In this document: in pieces, positions 1 to 9,489 of the stretch | How the letters are laid out: each line of letters starts with the position of its first letter | How positions within the stretch are numbered: position 1 is the first letter of the stretch | Assembly: GCA_030592645.1 (NCBI GenBank) | Contig: JAUVIR010000005.1 | Location: 1,110 to 65,109, forward strand | Direction of reading: 5' to 3' | Source of the DNA: Candidatus Fermentibacterota bacterium | GTDB lineage: Bacteria > Fermentibacterota > Fermentibacteria > Fermentibacterales > JCC-6 | Length of the DNA stretch: 64,000 bases | Program-made: the position numbers and the translations under genes | Notes under the pieces: model-generated | Database searches by the model: none | What the model was told of the DNA's origin: nothing | The model's input: the letters and a program-made list of their open reading frames with translations, nothing else

Positions 1-905
1 ATGTCGAAACAATCGGTTGCAAAACCAACCGACTCACCATATTCGAGCGGAAACGGAAAATCCGATGCCGGGATCAGCTGAATTTCGGTTACTGACCAGT
101 CGTGCACGTTCAGCGAATAGAGCCCGCCGTTGAATTCAAAGGCGACAGTTTCACCGGTGGAGTTGATAGAAGGGAATGTTATGTCTCCATCGGTCAGGAA
201 TGTCCTCTGCTGCGGCTCTTCCCCCGCCTGCATACTCCACAATGCGGCATGCCCGTCCGAATCCTCCCGGATGAAGAGTATTTCATTGTTCAGAGCTGAA
301 TACATCGGCCATCTGGAATCCAGCTCCGAAGCATCCAGCAGCTCCCAGCCGGTTCCGTAACCTGTCCATATCTTCATTGAGGCGGAACCGCTGTAATGCT
401 TGCGCCACCAGCTGGTAAACCCTCTCTCCAGCGCCATGCCATCCGGCAGCAGGCAGATATTCTCGGTTTCAACCCGTGCAACAGGAGATGGAGTTCCGCC
501 GGTTACCGGAATGGAGTAGACCCATGAGCTTCCTCCCTCCCGCGAAGACTTGAAGTAGACGCTTTCTGAATCAGCGCTCCAGCAGAGTACCCTGTCCGAA
601 CCCGCATGATAGGTCAGGCGGGTTGAAATACCGCCCCGGGCGTCCATGATATACACATCTCCGCCGCCGGACCTGCTGCTGGTGAAAGCTATGAAGCGTC
701 CATCGGGAGAATAGCAGGGCGATGTTTCGGTGCTTTCTCCGGGCACAAGGCATCTCATGGTGCCGCCTGATATCGGAGCCTCCCAGATATCTCCCCTGAA
801 ACAGAATACAACAGCCGTGCCATCAGGGGATGGAGAGGGTTCCCTGATATCGGACATTCCTGTAGAAATCAAACCGATAACCAGCATTTTGATCAAAACA
901 ATCAT
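1..905 (-). CDS. Tricorn-like S41 peptidase, N-terminal PD40/TolB-like beta-propeller region (partial, runs off left edge)
   Basis: Not in the ORF track. Manual translation from ATG 905 (ATGA overlap with the methyltransferase stop) is open wherever I read it, including the left edge. Signal peptide, then SPSPDGTAVVFCFRGDIW, SPCYSPDGRFIAFTSSRSGGGDVYIM, TRLTYH, typical of tricorn N-termini. Confidence 0.7.
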   Translation of the reverse strand, partial: MIVLIKMLVIGLISTGMSDIREPSPSPDGTAVVFCFRGDIWEAPISGGTMRCLVPGESTETSPCYSPDGRFIAFTSSRSGGGDVYIMDARGGISTRLTYHAGSDRVLCWSADSESVYFKSSREGGSSWVYSIPVTGGTPSPVARVETENICLLPDGMALERGFTSWWRKHYSGSASMKIWTGYGTGWELLDASELDSRWPMYSALNNEILFIREDSDGHAALWSMQAGEEPQQRTFLTDGDITFPSINSTGETVAFEFNGGLYSLNVHDWSVTEIQLIPASDFPFPLEYGESVGFATDCFD

Positions 906-1660
906 CGTTCTTTCCTCTCGGCCAGTACTAGAAGCCTTGGCGAATCATCCGAAGCCCAGGGCTGCAGGTCATAATCACCCCAGATCGCGGTGATGCTCAT
1001 GCCCGCGTTCTTAATATCATTAAGTAATTCTCCCGCTGATATGAGAGCCAGCTCTAAGCTTATATCAACAGGGCCATCCGCAACGGCAGAGCCCGAGTAC
1101 TCCATGTCAAAGACGATCAGACCTCTCGAAAGATCATGGCTTACCGACTCTACAAGTTTCAGGGAAATGTCATCCCGTCTGTAATCGTATCTCTCTTTTC
1201 TATGCTCATTCTGACGTTTATCGAATCCGGGACATGCTTCTGCGAAGAATTTTCCACCCGGTTTCAACACTGCGGTTATCTCCCGCAGCAGCTGCTTTCT
1301 TTCGTTTCGATCAAGAATGCAATGGATCCCGTTGTACGGGAACAGGACCAGATCCAGGGATGACAGTTTTAACGGGAGCTGCTGCGCAATCCCCCTGACG
1401 CGGGAGATTCCTCTCCTGCGCTCAGCGGTCCAGGAACCCAGCATCGATGCGGAAGGTTCAAGAGCAACGACCAGCGAACCTTCGGTAAAAAGCTCTGTCA
1501 ATCTGCCGTCACCCGCACCCAGCTCCATGCATTTCCCCGGATGCCCGTGCCGAAGGTCACGGTAGAACTGGATCTCTTTCATGTCAGCAGGATAGACATC
1601 ACTCTCCTCCAGTGAGAAAAGGGGACCGTAACGTTCCCAGAGATGCACTTCTGTTTTCAA
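902..1660 (-). CDS. Class I SAM-dependent methyltransferase
   Basis: Motif I MELGAGDGRL, VALEPSASML, DLVLFPYNGIH, LKPGGKF. Confidence 0.85.
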   Translation of the reverse strand: MKTEVHLWERYGPLFSLEESDVYPADMKEIQFYRDLRHGHPGKCMELGAGDGRLTELFTEGSLVVALEPSASMLGSWTAERRRGISRVRGIAQQLPLKLSSLDLVLFPYNGIHCILDRNERKQLLREITAVLKPGGKFFAEACPGFDKRQNEHRKERYDYRRDDISLKLVESVSHDLSRGLIVFDMEYSGSAVADGPVDISLELALISAGELLNDIKNAGMSITAIWGDYDLQPWASDDSPRLLVLAERKER

Positions 1661-2079
1661 TCAACCGCCTCCACCCTGAAACCTGATCTTATGAGTGCCG
1701 CCGCGGCAACTCCCGGCATACCTGCTCCGCATCTGACGCCGCATGAAGGGCTTTTCTCCTTCAGATATATGAACTCCGGATCTAATGATGAGGCGTATAT
1801 AACCGAAAGCTCAGCGCCTCTTATGAATTCAGCGGTCACATCTCCGCAGGCTTCACTGAGAGTTACCCTTGCTGTTCCATCAAGAACGGAAAAACCGTCT
1901 CCCCCCGATATGGAAGCAGGTTCTCTTGGAGTGGTCAGCCCTCCCAGTCTTTCCGGACAGAAGGGCACACATTTACCGGAGCGGAGCATTCTGACGAACC
2001 GCTCAACAGGTTTTGGTCTGCCGTCGTACCTGCATGGGATACCGCACAGGCAGGCACTTACAAGGCTGATATCGGCCAT
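1657..2079 (-). CDS. DUF523 / 2-thiouracil desulfurase family protein
   Basis: VSACLCGIPCRYDG, PFCPERLGGLTTPREP, LKEKSPSCG. Confidence 0.9.
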   Translation of the reverse strand: MADISLVSACLCGIPCRYDGRPKPVERFVRMLRSGKCVPFCPERLGGLTTPREPASISGGDGFSVLDGTARVTLSEACGDVTAEFIRGAELSVIYASSLDPEFIYLKEKSPSCGVRCGAGMPGVAAAALIRSGFRVEAVD

Positions 2080-2163
2080 GAATAGTTATCCTTTGTTCAT
2101 TTTCACGTAAAAAGACATCTCTTCCGAACCGTTTTGTACTTCAAAGAGCAAGTAATGAATATA

Positions 2164-3471
2164 TCAATTTAATCCGGAATGGCAGGATATTTTTCTGCAA
2201 TTACTGATAATTATAAGCAGACGAAGGATTATGAATGGAAGCACAGCAACAAGATACTTCTCCCAGACCTGGTAGGAGAATGGCATGATGACCAGAAAAA
2301 CGATGATGATCAGTGTCAGAAAATGACCGAAATCCCATTCTCCGGATTTCATTCTCTTAATGTCTGTCCAGATGATATTGAAGAGAGTGATGAGCCCCGC
2401 CCAGCATAAAATCCACAGGACAAACTGTTCAAGGCAGAAGCTGTTCAGTATTCCGCGAATGAAACTGTGCATCAGCCCCACTGTAGTGTACCCTGTCTGC
2501 TCCAATGTGACGAAGGAAGATTGAACCGGAAAGAAAAAGTACGTCAGTGATAGTAGAAAACCTGACAGAATAATCACTCTGTTGTTAAGCAGAATCCTGT
2601 ATGCATATATAAGAAGAGGAAACAGCGAAGCTGCCATAAAGATAATGTAGATGTAAACATACCTGAATCTGTATACTGAACCGTCATCAATCACCCATCT
2701 GAGAATCCCTGATGGTGGTGCCGTACCCCTCCAGAGCAGCATCATCACCAGCAGCGGCGCCCCGCCGCAGACAAGAGCGAAAAACGTACTTCTGCGGAAT
2801 CGGCCGTTCTTCCGGTAACGAATGAAAAGGTATGCTCCTGCAGATATGACAACGAAGACAGAATACTGTCTTATCAATAGAGCACAGGCTGTGGAAATAA
2901 AAAGGAGCATAGGATTTTCGACGTAAATCGCGAAAACTATCAGTACAATGAATAGAAGGGATGGAATATCTGTAAACACATGCATGCTGAGCCCGGGAAA
3001 ATATGGGTTCAGGAGAAGCAGAAGCATGCCGGGAAGTACGATCTTCAGATCCTGCAGGACTTTTCCATAAAGAAGGTATATCAGAATGAAAGCAATGGCA
3101 GATAGAAGCAGGTTGAAAATCCTGAGGTATGGAGGACTGAAACCGGTCAGCCTTCCCCACGAAGCGTACATGTAATAGAAAAGTGGTCCGGTCACCTCCG
3201 GGTAATCAAGAGCAGTCCCGGGTTGATAGTTTTCTCCGAAAAGCTCTATAGTGGCGATGAAGTGTCCTTCATCACCTCTGAGCGGATAATCCAGATCTGT
3301 TGATATGATAAAGGCAACGGAAAGAAGAATAAGAGCCAGCGGGAATATTAACCATCTGCATATACATTTAAGGTTAGAAAACTGCTGAATCCGACCCCTC
3401 CCCGAGTATGTAGTCCTCCGGATCAACCTGTACACCGTTAATAAGAACCTCGTAATGAACATGGGGAGCAA
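2164..3471 (-). CDS. GT-C (ArnT/PMT-like) membrane glycosyltransferase; start uncertain
   Basis: Multiple TM segments, acidic loop motif LRGDEGHF after TM1, FTDIPSLL, WEKY. The ORF start overlaps the M23 gene by ~98 nt. Confidence 0.6.
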   Translation of the reverse strand: MLPMFITRFLLTVYRLIRRTTYSGRGRIQQFSNLKCICRWLIFPLALILLSVAFIISTDLDYPLRGDEGHFIATIELFGENYQPGTALDYPEVTGPLFYYMYASWGRLTGFSPPYLRIFNLLLSAIAFILIYLLYGKVLQDLKIVLPGMLLLLLNPYFPGLSMHVFTDIPSLLFIVLIVFAIYVENPMLLFISTACALLIRQYSVFVVISAGAYLFIRYRKNGRFRRSTFFALVCGGAPLLVMMLLWRGTAPPSGILRWVIDDGSVYRFRYVYIYIIFMAASLFPLLIYAYRILLNNRVIILSGFLLSLTYFFFPVQSSFVTLEQTGYTTVGLMHSFIRGILNSFCLEQFVLWILCWAGLITLFNIIWTDIKRMKSGEWDFGHFLTLIIIVFLVIMPFSYQVWEKYLVAVLPFIILRLLIIISNCRKISCHSGLN

Positions 3472-4222
3472 TCGATCTTCCCGTTGAGCCTACCCTTGCT
3501 ATCAGATCCCCCCTGTTGACCTCCTGCCCAACAACAGTACAGGCCGCCGAACAATGAGCATATCTTGTTGAAATCCTATCCGAGTGCCTGACAACGATAT
3601 TCAAACCCCATCCGCCAGTCCAGCCCACAAACACGATCACACCATCAGCTGGAGCATAGATAGGTGTCCCTGAAATGCAGGCAAGATCGATCCCTTTGTG
3701 GATCCGGACAGCACCGGTGAACGGATCTATCCGGGGGCCGAAATCGCTGACAAAAATACCGTCAACAGGCCAGATCGAAGGGATTCTTGCAAGTTCGCTG
3801 TCCTTTCCCATTAAATAGCTTGCAAGGGAATCGTAGGCCATCAGCTCGGCACTGGCCAGCCTCTCCATGAGCATGAGCTCCATTTCCAGATCATCTATAT
3901 ATCGGAACATATTATCCCCCGGAGGCTCACTCATCGGATCAGTCTGCGGGATAAGCTGGGAGAAATCCAGGTTCAGCCCGGCACCTGCAACAAGTACCTG
4001 TTTCTCTCTGGTGCTGATCTCTTCAAGCTGCAGACGGAGGTTCATGACGCGTTCGGAGAGCTGATACAGCTCTCCGTGGAGAAGGATCGTTTCGTTCTGC
4101 CTGTTATCAGAGTACTGATCTCGCTGGTTTATTCCTCCGATATGGAAGAAGAGGGCGGCGATTCCGGATAAGAACAGCGCTGTTATGAGGATACTCAGCC
4201 TTAAACGGGTTGCGGTAAGCAT
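3374..4222 (-). CDS. M23 family metallopeptidase with N-terminal membrane anchor and coiled coil
   Basis: HKGID, TRYAHCS, STGRSIAPHVHYEV. Start placed at MLTATR (4222). Confidence 0.9.
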   Translation of the reverse strand: MLTATRLRLSILITALFLSGIAALFFHIGGINQRDQYSDNRQNETILLHGELYQLSERVMNLRLQLEEISTREKQVLVAGAGLNLDFSQLIPQTDPMSEPPGDNMFRYIDDLEMELMLMERLASAELMAYDSLASYLMGKDSELARIPSIWPVDGIFVSDFGPRIDPFTGAVRIHKGIDLACISGTPIYAPADGVIVFVGWTGGWGLNIVVRHSDRISTRYAHCSAACTVVGQEVNRGDLIARVGSTGRSIAPHVHYEVLINGVQVDPEDYILGEGSDSAVF

Positions 4223-4298
4223 GAACCTCTTGCCCGTCTTGCTGGATCTATGCGGCAGCCAGTGTATTGTACCTATCGGCATGGAAGAAACCGTTCCG

Positions 4299-5141
4299 TT
4301 ATTTGAGGTAAAGCAGCAGGTTCTTGCTGTCGGTTTTGTCGTTGAGTTTGGAAATAGCCCTGTTCTTCAACTGTCGTACCCTCTCACGGCTTATACCCAT
4401 TGTTCTTCCTATCTCCGCAAGGGTATGCCTTCTGTCTGTGTTTATTCCGAAGAACAGCTGGATTATGGTTCTTTCGCGCTGGTCAAGAATATCCAGCATT
4501 CCAGCGACGCTCCTCTTCATGGCTGTCTGAACTACAGCTTCGTCAGGCGGGACATCATCATCATCGGAGATCATCTCCTGGAAAGTCTTATCACTGCCTT
4601 CGTAAACCGGGCTGTCAAGTGAAAGGTGTGTACTGTGTATAGACATCATTCCTTCAACATCACCCCTTGATACGTCCAGCTCATCAGCGATTTCATTAGT
4701 AGATGGATTCCTTCCGAGGGAATGACCAAGTTCTCTCGCGGCACGACCCATTTTGTAAAGTTCCCCGACACGGTTCAATGGAAGACGGACAATTCTTGAC
4801 TGCTCCGCGAGGGCTTGAAGGATAGCCTGCCTTATCCACCATACCGCATACGTTATGAAGCGGCATCCCTTGCTCTCATCGAATCCTTTTGCAGCCCTTA
4901 TCAGTCCTACATTTCCTTCGTTGATAAGGTCTTCCAGTGCAACCCCCTGATTCGCGTACTGTTTCGCAATACTGACGACGAACCTTAGATTAGCCTCTGT
5001 AAGTTCGTTCAGAGCTTCCTGTTCACCAGCACGAATGCGTTTTGCAAGTGATGCCTCTTCCGCGGAGGACAGGGTCTCCTTACTCCCGATTTCTCTGAGG
5101 TACAGTTCCAGTGATCTGCCCTCTGTACGCTTTGTCGCCAA
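4299..5141 (-). CDS. RpoD/SigA-family sigma-70 factor lacking region 1.1 (FCB-type)
   Basis: LELYLREIG, EANLRFVVSIAKQY, DLINEGNVGLIRAA, FITYAVWWIRQAI, region 4 ISRERVRQL; 280 aa. Confidence 0.92.
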   Translation of the reverse strand: MATKRTEGRSLELYLREIGSKETLSSAEEASLAKRIRAGEQEALNELTEANLRFVVSIAKQYANQGVALEDLINEGNVGLIRAAKGFDESKGCRFITYAVWWIRQAILQALAEQSRIVRLPLNRVGELYKMGRAARELGHSLGRNPSTNEIADELDVSRGDVEGMMSIHSTHLSLDSPVYEGSDKTFQEMISDDDDVPPDEAVVQTAMKRSVAGMLDILDQRERTIIQLFFGINTDRRHTLAEIGRTMGISRERVRQLKNRAISKLNDKTDSKNLLLYLK

Positions 5142-5250
5142 AAGAGCCGCCTTTCATGTGCTATGTATAGCCTCTCATGTTATAATTCAAAAAGATGTCA
5201 GATAGTTCCTGCCTCAATTCAGATAAATGCGTAGAAGCCTAATCTGTCAA

Positions 5251-5272
5251 GGGGTTGACAATTGTCAACCCC
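5251..5272. promoter_or_regulatory. Perfect 22-bp palindrome in divergent promoter region
   Basis: GGGGTTGACAATTGTCAACCCC read directly; contains TTGACA on both strands. Confidence 0.6.
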
Positions 5273-5413
5273 CGTTGCTGCAGGGCATTGTTATTCTTTC
5301 TATTACAACACTGTGCCGGCTTGATTCCATGGTAGTCAGGCACCTGATTTGCGGTACCTGTCAAGTCCGTGTCAAGCCCATTGCGGATTGGCTTGTCAAG
5401 TGAACGGAGGAAT

Positions 5414-6358
5414 ATGGACTGGAGCAGCTTTCCGAGAGAAAAGACCGACTGCATCCTTTGCGGGTCCGGTTCATCCCGTCTGCTCAGCGTACAGAAAACG
5501 TGGCCAGTTGTACGATGCACGGAATGCGGCCTCGTATACCTGTCCGAAAGACCGTCTGAAAAAGCTCTTATCGATTTGTACAGCAGAGCTTATTATGAAG
5601 ATGGGGATGTAGGGTACAAAGGTTACCTCCAGACGTTTGAAAAATACCATGACACATTCATGAATATCTTCAGCAGGCGTCACAGAGACCTCCTTAAACG
5701 TGCCGGAGGACGGCGTCTTCTTGAGGTTGGCTGTGCTTACGGTTTTCTTCTGCATTACCTTTCTCAGAGAGGATGGGACGTCCGCGGTGTTGAAGTAAGC
5801 CCCCTGTCTTCAGAGTACGCACGAGATGAACTGGGTCTTAAGGTACATACTGGAAACCTTGAATCGGCAGATCTTGAGGAACATTCCTTTGACGTAATTC
5901 TGCTTCTGGATGTACTTGAACACCTTCACAGACCCTTTGATCTGCTCAGACGCATCCGCGGATTGCTCTCTCCTGACGGTATTCTGGTAGTTCAATGCCC
6001 ATGGGAACTGTACCACTGGGAGGAAGTTATGGAAGCTCTTCTTAAAGGCGCCGAACCCGGCACTATCGAACCCGATTCTGTTCCGGCGCACCTCTACTTC
6101 TTTCAACCGGGTACTCTTGATGCAGTTCTTGAAAAAGGCGGATTTCGGATATGCGGAAGACAATCAGGCAATTACGGTGCAATACGAAGGCAGATTCAGC
6201 CACCTGAAATAAACAGTGGAAACCCGATTGAGCGTTTCAGCCGATTCGTTTACTTCCGCCTGGGCCTGCAGCGTTTTCTTTACAGTGCAGCAAGGTTGTT
6301 TCATCTTGGAAACGGCTTAATAAGGTACGCCAGACCTGATAAAGATGGAGAACAATGA
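5414..6358 (+). CDS. Class I SAM-dependent methyltransferase with N-terminal CxxC...CxxC (glycan-modification type)
   Basis: CILCGS, CTECGLVY, LLEVGCAYGF, DVLEHL. GGAGG RBS before ATG 5414. Confidence 0.85.
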   Translation: MDWSSFPREKTDCILCGSGSSRLLSVQKTWPVVRCTECGLVYLSERPSEKALIDLYSRAYYEDGDVGYKGYLQTFEKYHDTFMNIFSRRHRDLLKRAGGRRLLEVGCAYGFLLHYLSQRGWDVRGVEVSPLSSEYARDELGLKVHTGNLESADLEEHSFDVILLLDVLEHLHRPFDLLRRIRGLLSPDGILVVQCPWELYHWEEVMEALLKGAEPGTIEPDSVPAHLYFFQPGTLDAVLEKGGFRICGRQSGNYGAIRRQIQPPEINSGNPIERFSRFVYFRLGLQRFLYSAARLFHLGNGLIRYARPDKDGEQ

Positions 6359-7320
6359 AGGCCATGCTCCTTTGTGCAGGTTTCGGAACCAGGCTGAAAC
6401 CACTTACGGATTCTGTTCCAAAACCTCTGGTCAGAATCGCAGGTTTCGCACTTATCCATGATACATTACTTCACCTGCATTCACAGGGTGTTGACACAGT
6501 TGTAGTGAACGGCTCCTGGATGGCAGATTTGATCGAAGATTTTCTTGAAAACACTGATCTTCCTCTGAAAACGCTCTTTCAGAGGGAAAAAGACCCTCTT
6601 GGAACAGCCGGTGCTGTACGGGAAGCCCTCCCAATTCTCGGTGAGGAATTTCTGGTTGCATACGGTGACAATCTTACAAGGCAGCCAGTAGCTCCCCTTA
6701 TGGCCCTCCACCGCAGGCTGAATTCAGAGGTGACTATTGCACTTGCTCCGACCGGGGAACCTTCAGCAAAAGGTATAGTTCTTACTGAACCAGGCGGCAG
6801 GATTTCGCATTTTCGCGAGAAACCTCCCGATGAGGTCTCCCAATCCAACCTGGCCAACTCCGGGTTGTACATCTGCAGAAGCTCAGCAGTTGAACATCTT
6901 CAGAGGGGAGATTTCTCAGATTTCGGAATGAATGTTTTCCCTGAGCTCCTTGCAGCAGAGAGGGTTCTTGCTGCAGATACCCCCGGTGGGTACACAAGAG
7001 ATATCGGTACGCCCAAAAGCTACCTGACTGCCTGTCATGATATACTGTCAGGTAGTGTAGCCCCCTATGTGAGAAACGGTAATATCATGAACGGCATGCT
7101 GATAGAGAACACTCAATCCTACGATGGTATTGAGCTCAAAGGTACATTCTGGATCCAGCAGGATGCAAATATCTCTAAAGGTTGCTCTTTGGAGAACTGT
7201 GTTGTACTATCAGGCGCGGTCATCGGATCTGACTGTGCTTTAAAAAACTCACTTGTAATGCCCCGAACGAAAGTACCTGAGTGCACCATAGCGGATGATA
7301 AATACCTGAAAGTATTCTGA
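6355..7320 (+). CDS. Sugar-phosphate nucleotidyltransferase (HddC / mannose-1-P guanylyltransferase family)
   Basis: LCAGFGTRLKPLTDSVPKPL, LGTAGA, YGDNL, FREKP, DIGTPKSY, C-terminal hexapeptide repeats. Confidence 0.85.
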   Translation: MKAMLLCAGFGTRLKPLTDSVPKPLVRIAGFALIHDTLLHLHSQGVDTVVVNGSWMADLIEDFLENTDLPLKTLFQREKDPLGTAGAVREALPILGEEFLVAYGDNLTRQPVAPLMALHRRLNSEVTIALAPTGEPSAKGIVLTEPGGRISHFREKPPDEVSQSNLANSGLYICRSSAVEHLQRGDFSDFGMNVFPELLAAERVLAADTPGGYTRDIGTPKSYLTACHDILSGSVAPYVRNGNIMNGMLIENTQSYDGIELKGTFWIQQDANISKGCSLENCVVLSGAVIGSDCALKNSLVMPRTKVPECTIADDKYLKVF

Positions 7321-7331
7321 TAGGAGAAAAG

Positions 7332-7901
7332 ATGAAGAAAGAAATACAGACATATTTTGATCAGATCAGCACTCTGGTTCACAGGATTCCATTGGAGAAT
7401 ATTGAAGAGCTGGTAAATATCATATTCGAAGCCTACAGTAATGGCAGGAGGATTTTCATTTTCGGGAATGGAGGAGGATCTGCCACTTCCAGCCATTTCG
7501 TCTGCGACCTGGCGAAAGGCACTGCAACTCCGGGGAAACCCAGACTGAAAGCCCTCAGCCTCTCCGACAATGTGCCGCTGATAACTGCCTGGGCTAACGA
7601 TACGGATTACACGAATACATTCGGTGAACAGCTGAAGAATCTAGCTGAAGAAGGAGATGTTGTCATTGGGCTTTCCGGAAGCGGAATGAGTCCGAATGTA
7701 ATAAATGCTTTCAGGGTGGCAGGCAGTATCGGTGCAGTTTCAGTGCTGCTCTCCGGTTACAGGGGCGGAGATGCCGTGAAAGAGGCAAATGTATCTATCA
7801 TAGTTCCAAGTGAGGATATGCAGCAGATCGAAGATATTCATCTAATGCTCTGCCATATTGTATTTAGAATGGTCCGCAGCAGGATAAGGGGAGATGTTTA
7901 A
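7332..7901 (+). CDS. gmhA: Phosphoheptose isomerase (SIS domain)
   Basis: FGNGGGSATSSHF, TAWANDTDY, SGSGMSPNV, QQIEDIH. Confidence 0.85.
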   Translation: MKKEIQTYFDQISTLVHRIPLENIEELVNIIFEAYSNGRRIFIFGNGGGSATSSHFVCDLAKGTATPGKPRLKALSLSDNVPLITAWANDTDYTNTFGEQLKNLAEEGDVVIGLSGSGMSPNVINAFRVAGSIGAVSVLLSGYRGGDAVKEANVSIIVPSEDMQQIEDIHLMLCHIVFRMVRSRIRGDV

Positions 7902-7912
7902 AGTATGATGTA

Positions 7913-8335
7913 TCAGGAATAATCCTGACTTCTGAATATCCTTTCTCCATCCGCGAGAAACTGGTTCAGGGCATCGCTGAAAATGTCAGGATCCCTTTCA
8001 CATTCCTCGGGGAATCTGCTCTTCCATAAATCCCAGGATTTTTGTATTTCCCCGCTCATCACCTCGGGAAGATTTCCCTCATTCCTGGCTTCATCTATCA
8101 ATTCCCGGTTATAAATAAGCATGTCACTTGCAAGGACCCTCGCAAATCTGGCTGCCCTCTGCTCTTCACTGTCTTCAGCGATAGATACGTCTGAAGTTTC
8201 TACTGTTTTACCTTTGGGGGGATTAATAATAAAAATCTCAGAGCATTTCCTGCATCGAAAGCGCTTTGGTGAGTTTCCTATTTTATTCTCGGGAATATTA
8301 TACTTACTATCGCAATTTGGACAGTTAACAATCAT
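7913..8335 (-). CDS. MJ0042-type zinc-ribbon protein with small C-terminal helical domain
   Basis: MIVNCPNCDSKYNI...FRCRKCSEIF, then ARFARVLASDMLIYN. Confidence 0.75.
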   Translation of the reverse strand: MIVNCPNCDSKYNIPENKIGNSPKRFRCRKCSEIFIINPPKGKTVETSDVSIAEDSEEQRAARFARVLASDMLIYNRELIDEARNEGNLPEVMSGEIQKSWDLWKSRFPEECERDPDIFSDALNQFLADGERIFRSQDYS

Positions 8336-9486
8336 ACTGTGTACCTCCTGCGCAGGAATCTATTCAATCTGTTCACGCCTTCCCGAATATCATCATCCGA
8401 CGCCGCAAAAGACAGTCTGATGTATCCTTCAGCTCCAAATGCAGAACCGGGTATGACAGCCAGTCCCTCTTCTTCAAGAAGCTTACTGCAGAATCCTGCA
8501 GTGTCATTAACAGCGTTCAATCGGGGAAATACGTAAAATGCTCCTTCCGGCCTCTCGAACTGTATACCTTCGACGTCTGTAAGTTTCGTACATATCATAT
8601 CCCTTCTATCTCTGAAGGAGCAGTACATTTCCCCTTTTTCCTCATCGGCCTTTCCTTCAACGGCTGCGAGAGCAGCCCATTGGGATATCGAACATGGGTT
8701 TGACGTGGAATGTGCCTGCAGAATACCGGTGAGTTTTGACCATTCAGTGTTTGCAAGCGAGTAGCCGATTCTCCATCCCGTCATGGCAAAGGTTTTCGAT
8801 ACACCTGAAACAACAGCAGTTCTGGAGCTCAGTTCCGGCCTGTAATCAAGAATGTGCGGAACAGCACCTTCAGTATAAACGAGATCTTCATATATATCAT
8901 CTGAGATAACCCACATATCAGTATCGGCAATGGCATCTGCTATGCTTTTCATCTCATCGGCGGATGGAACGTATCCTGATGGGTTGGATGGGTAGTTAAG
9001 CAGAAGCCCGACAGCGCCCAGTTCTGCTGCTTTAAGTATTTCACTGGGATTAATGCGCGTCTCCGGAAAAACGGGGATTCCGCCCGAAGCTTTGACCATT
9101 TCGGGATAACTGACCCAGTAAGGCCTTGGAAGAAGCACCCTGTCCCCTGGATTCACTGCCGCTCTGATGAGATTGGCAAGATCGTGCTTTGCGCCGCAGC
9201 TTACTACTACATTAGAAGAGTTCCATTCGATATTTCTTCTCAATGAATAACTTTCCGCAACGGCTTCTTTGAGCTCAGGTATACCTGTACTCGGAGTGTA
9301 ACCGGTTTTCCCATCCATTATCGCCTTTATCCCGGCTTCAGCTATAGGAGCAGGTGTTGGAAAATCAGGCTGGCCTGCGGTCAGGGATACAATATCCCTT
9401 CCCGATTTTTTCAGTTCCTTTGCTTTTGCACTTAACTGAAGTGTCGCAGAAGGCGATAGTGACATGATAGTTCTGGAGTATTTCAT
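8332..9486 (-). CDS. aspC: PLP-dependent class I aminotransferase (aspartate aminotransferase-like)
   Basis: GQPDF, NYPSNPSG, SDDIYE, SKTFAMTGWRIG, EGAFY. Confidence 0.88.
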   Translation of the reverse strand: MKYSRTIMSLSPSATLQLSAKAKELKKSGRDIVSLTAGQPDFPTPAPIAEAGIKAIMDGKTGYTPSTGIPELKEAVAESYSLRRNIEWNSSNVVVSCGAKHDLANLIRAAVNPGDRVLLPRPYWVSYPEMVKASGGIPVFPETRINPSEILKAAELGAVGLLLNYPSNPSGYVPSADEMKSIADAIADTDMWVISDDIYEDLVYTEGAVPHILDYRPELSSRTAVVSGVSKTFAMTGWRIGYSLANTEWSKLTGILQAHSTSNPCSISQWAALAAVEGKADEEKGEMYCSFRDRRDMICTKLTDVEGIQFERPEGAFYVFPRLNAVNDTAGFCSKLLEEEGLAVIPGSAFGAEGYIRLSFAASDDDIREGVNRLNRFLRRRYTV

Positions 9487-9489
9487 AAG

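Noticed and set aside
4299-5141. This sigma factor as the RsbW target
   Set aside because: It looks like an FCB-type primary sigma, 22 kb away; RsbW-type anti-sigmas usually bind SigB/F-like or ECF factors, so no link can be supported
5239-5612. ORFs 5239..5520 (-) and 5349..5612 (+)
   Set aside because: They overlap the promoter region and the methyltransferase in other frames; no RBS or motifs
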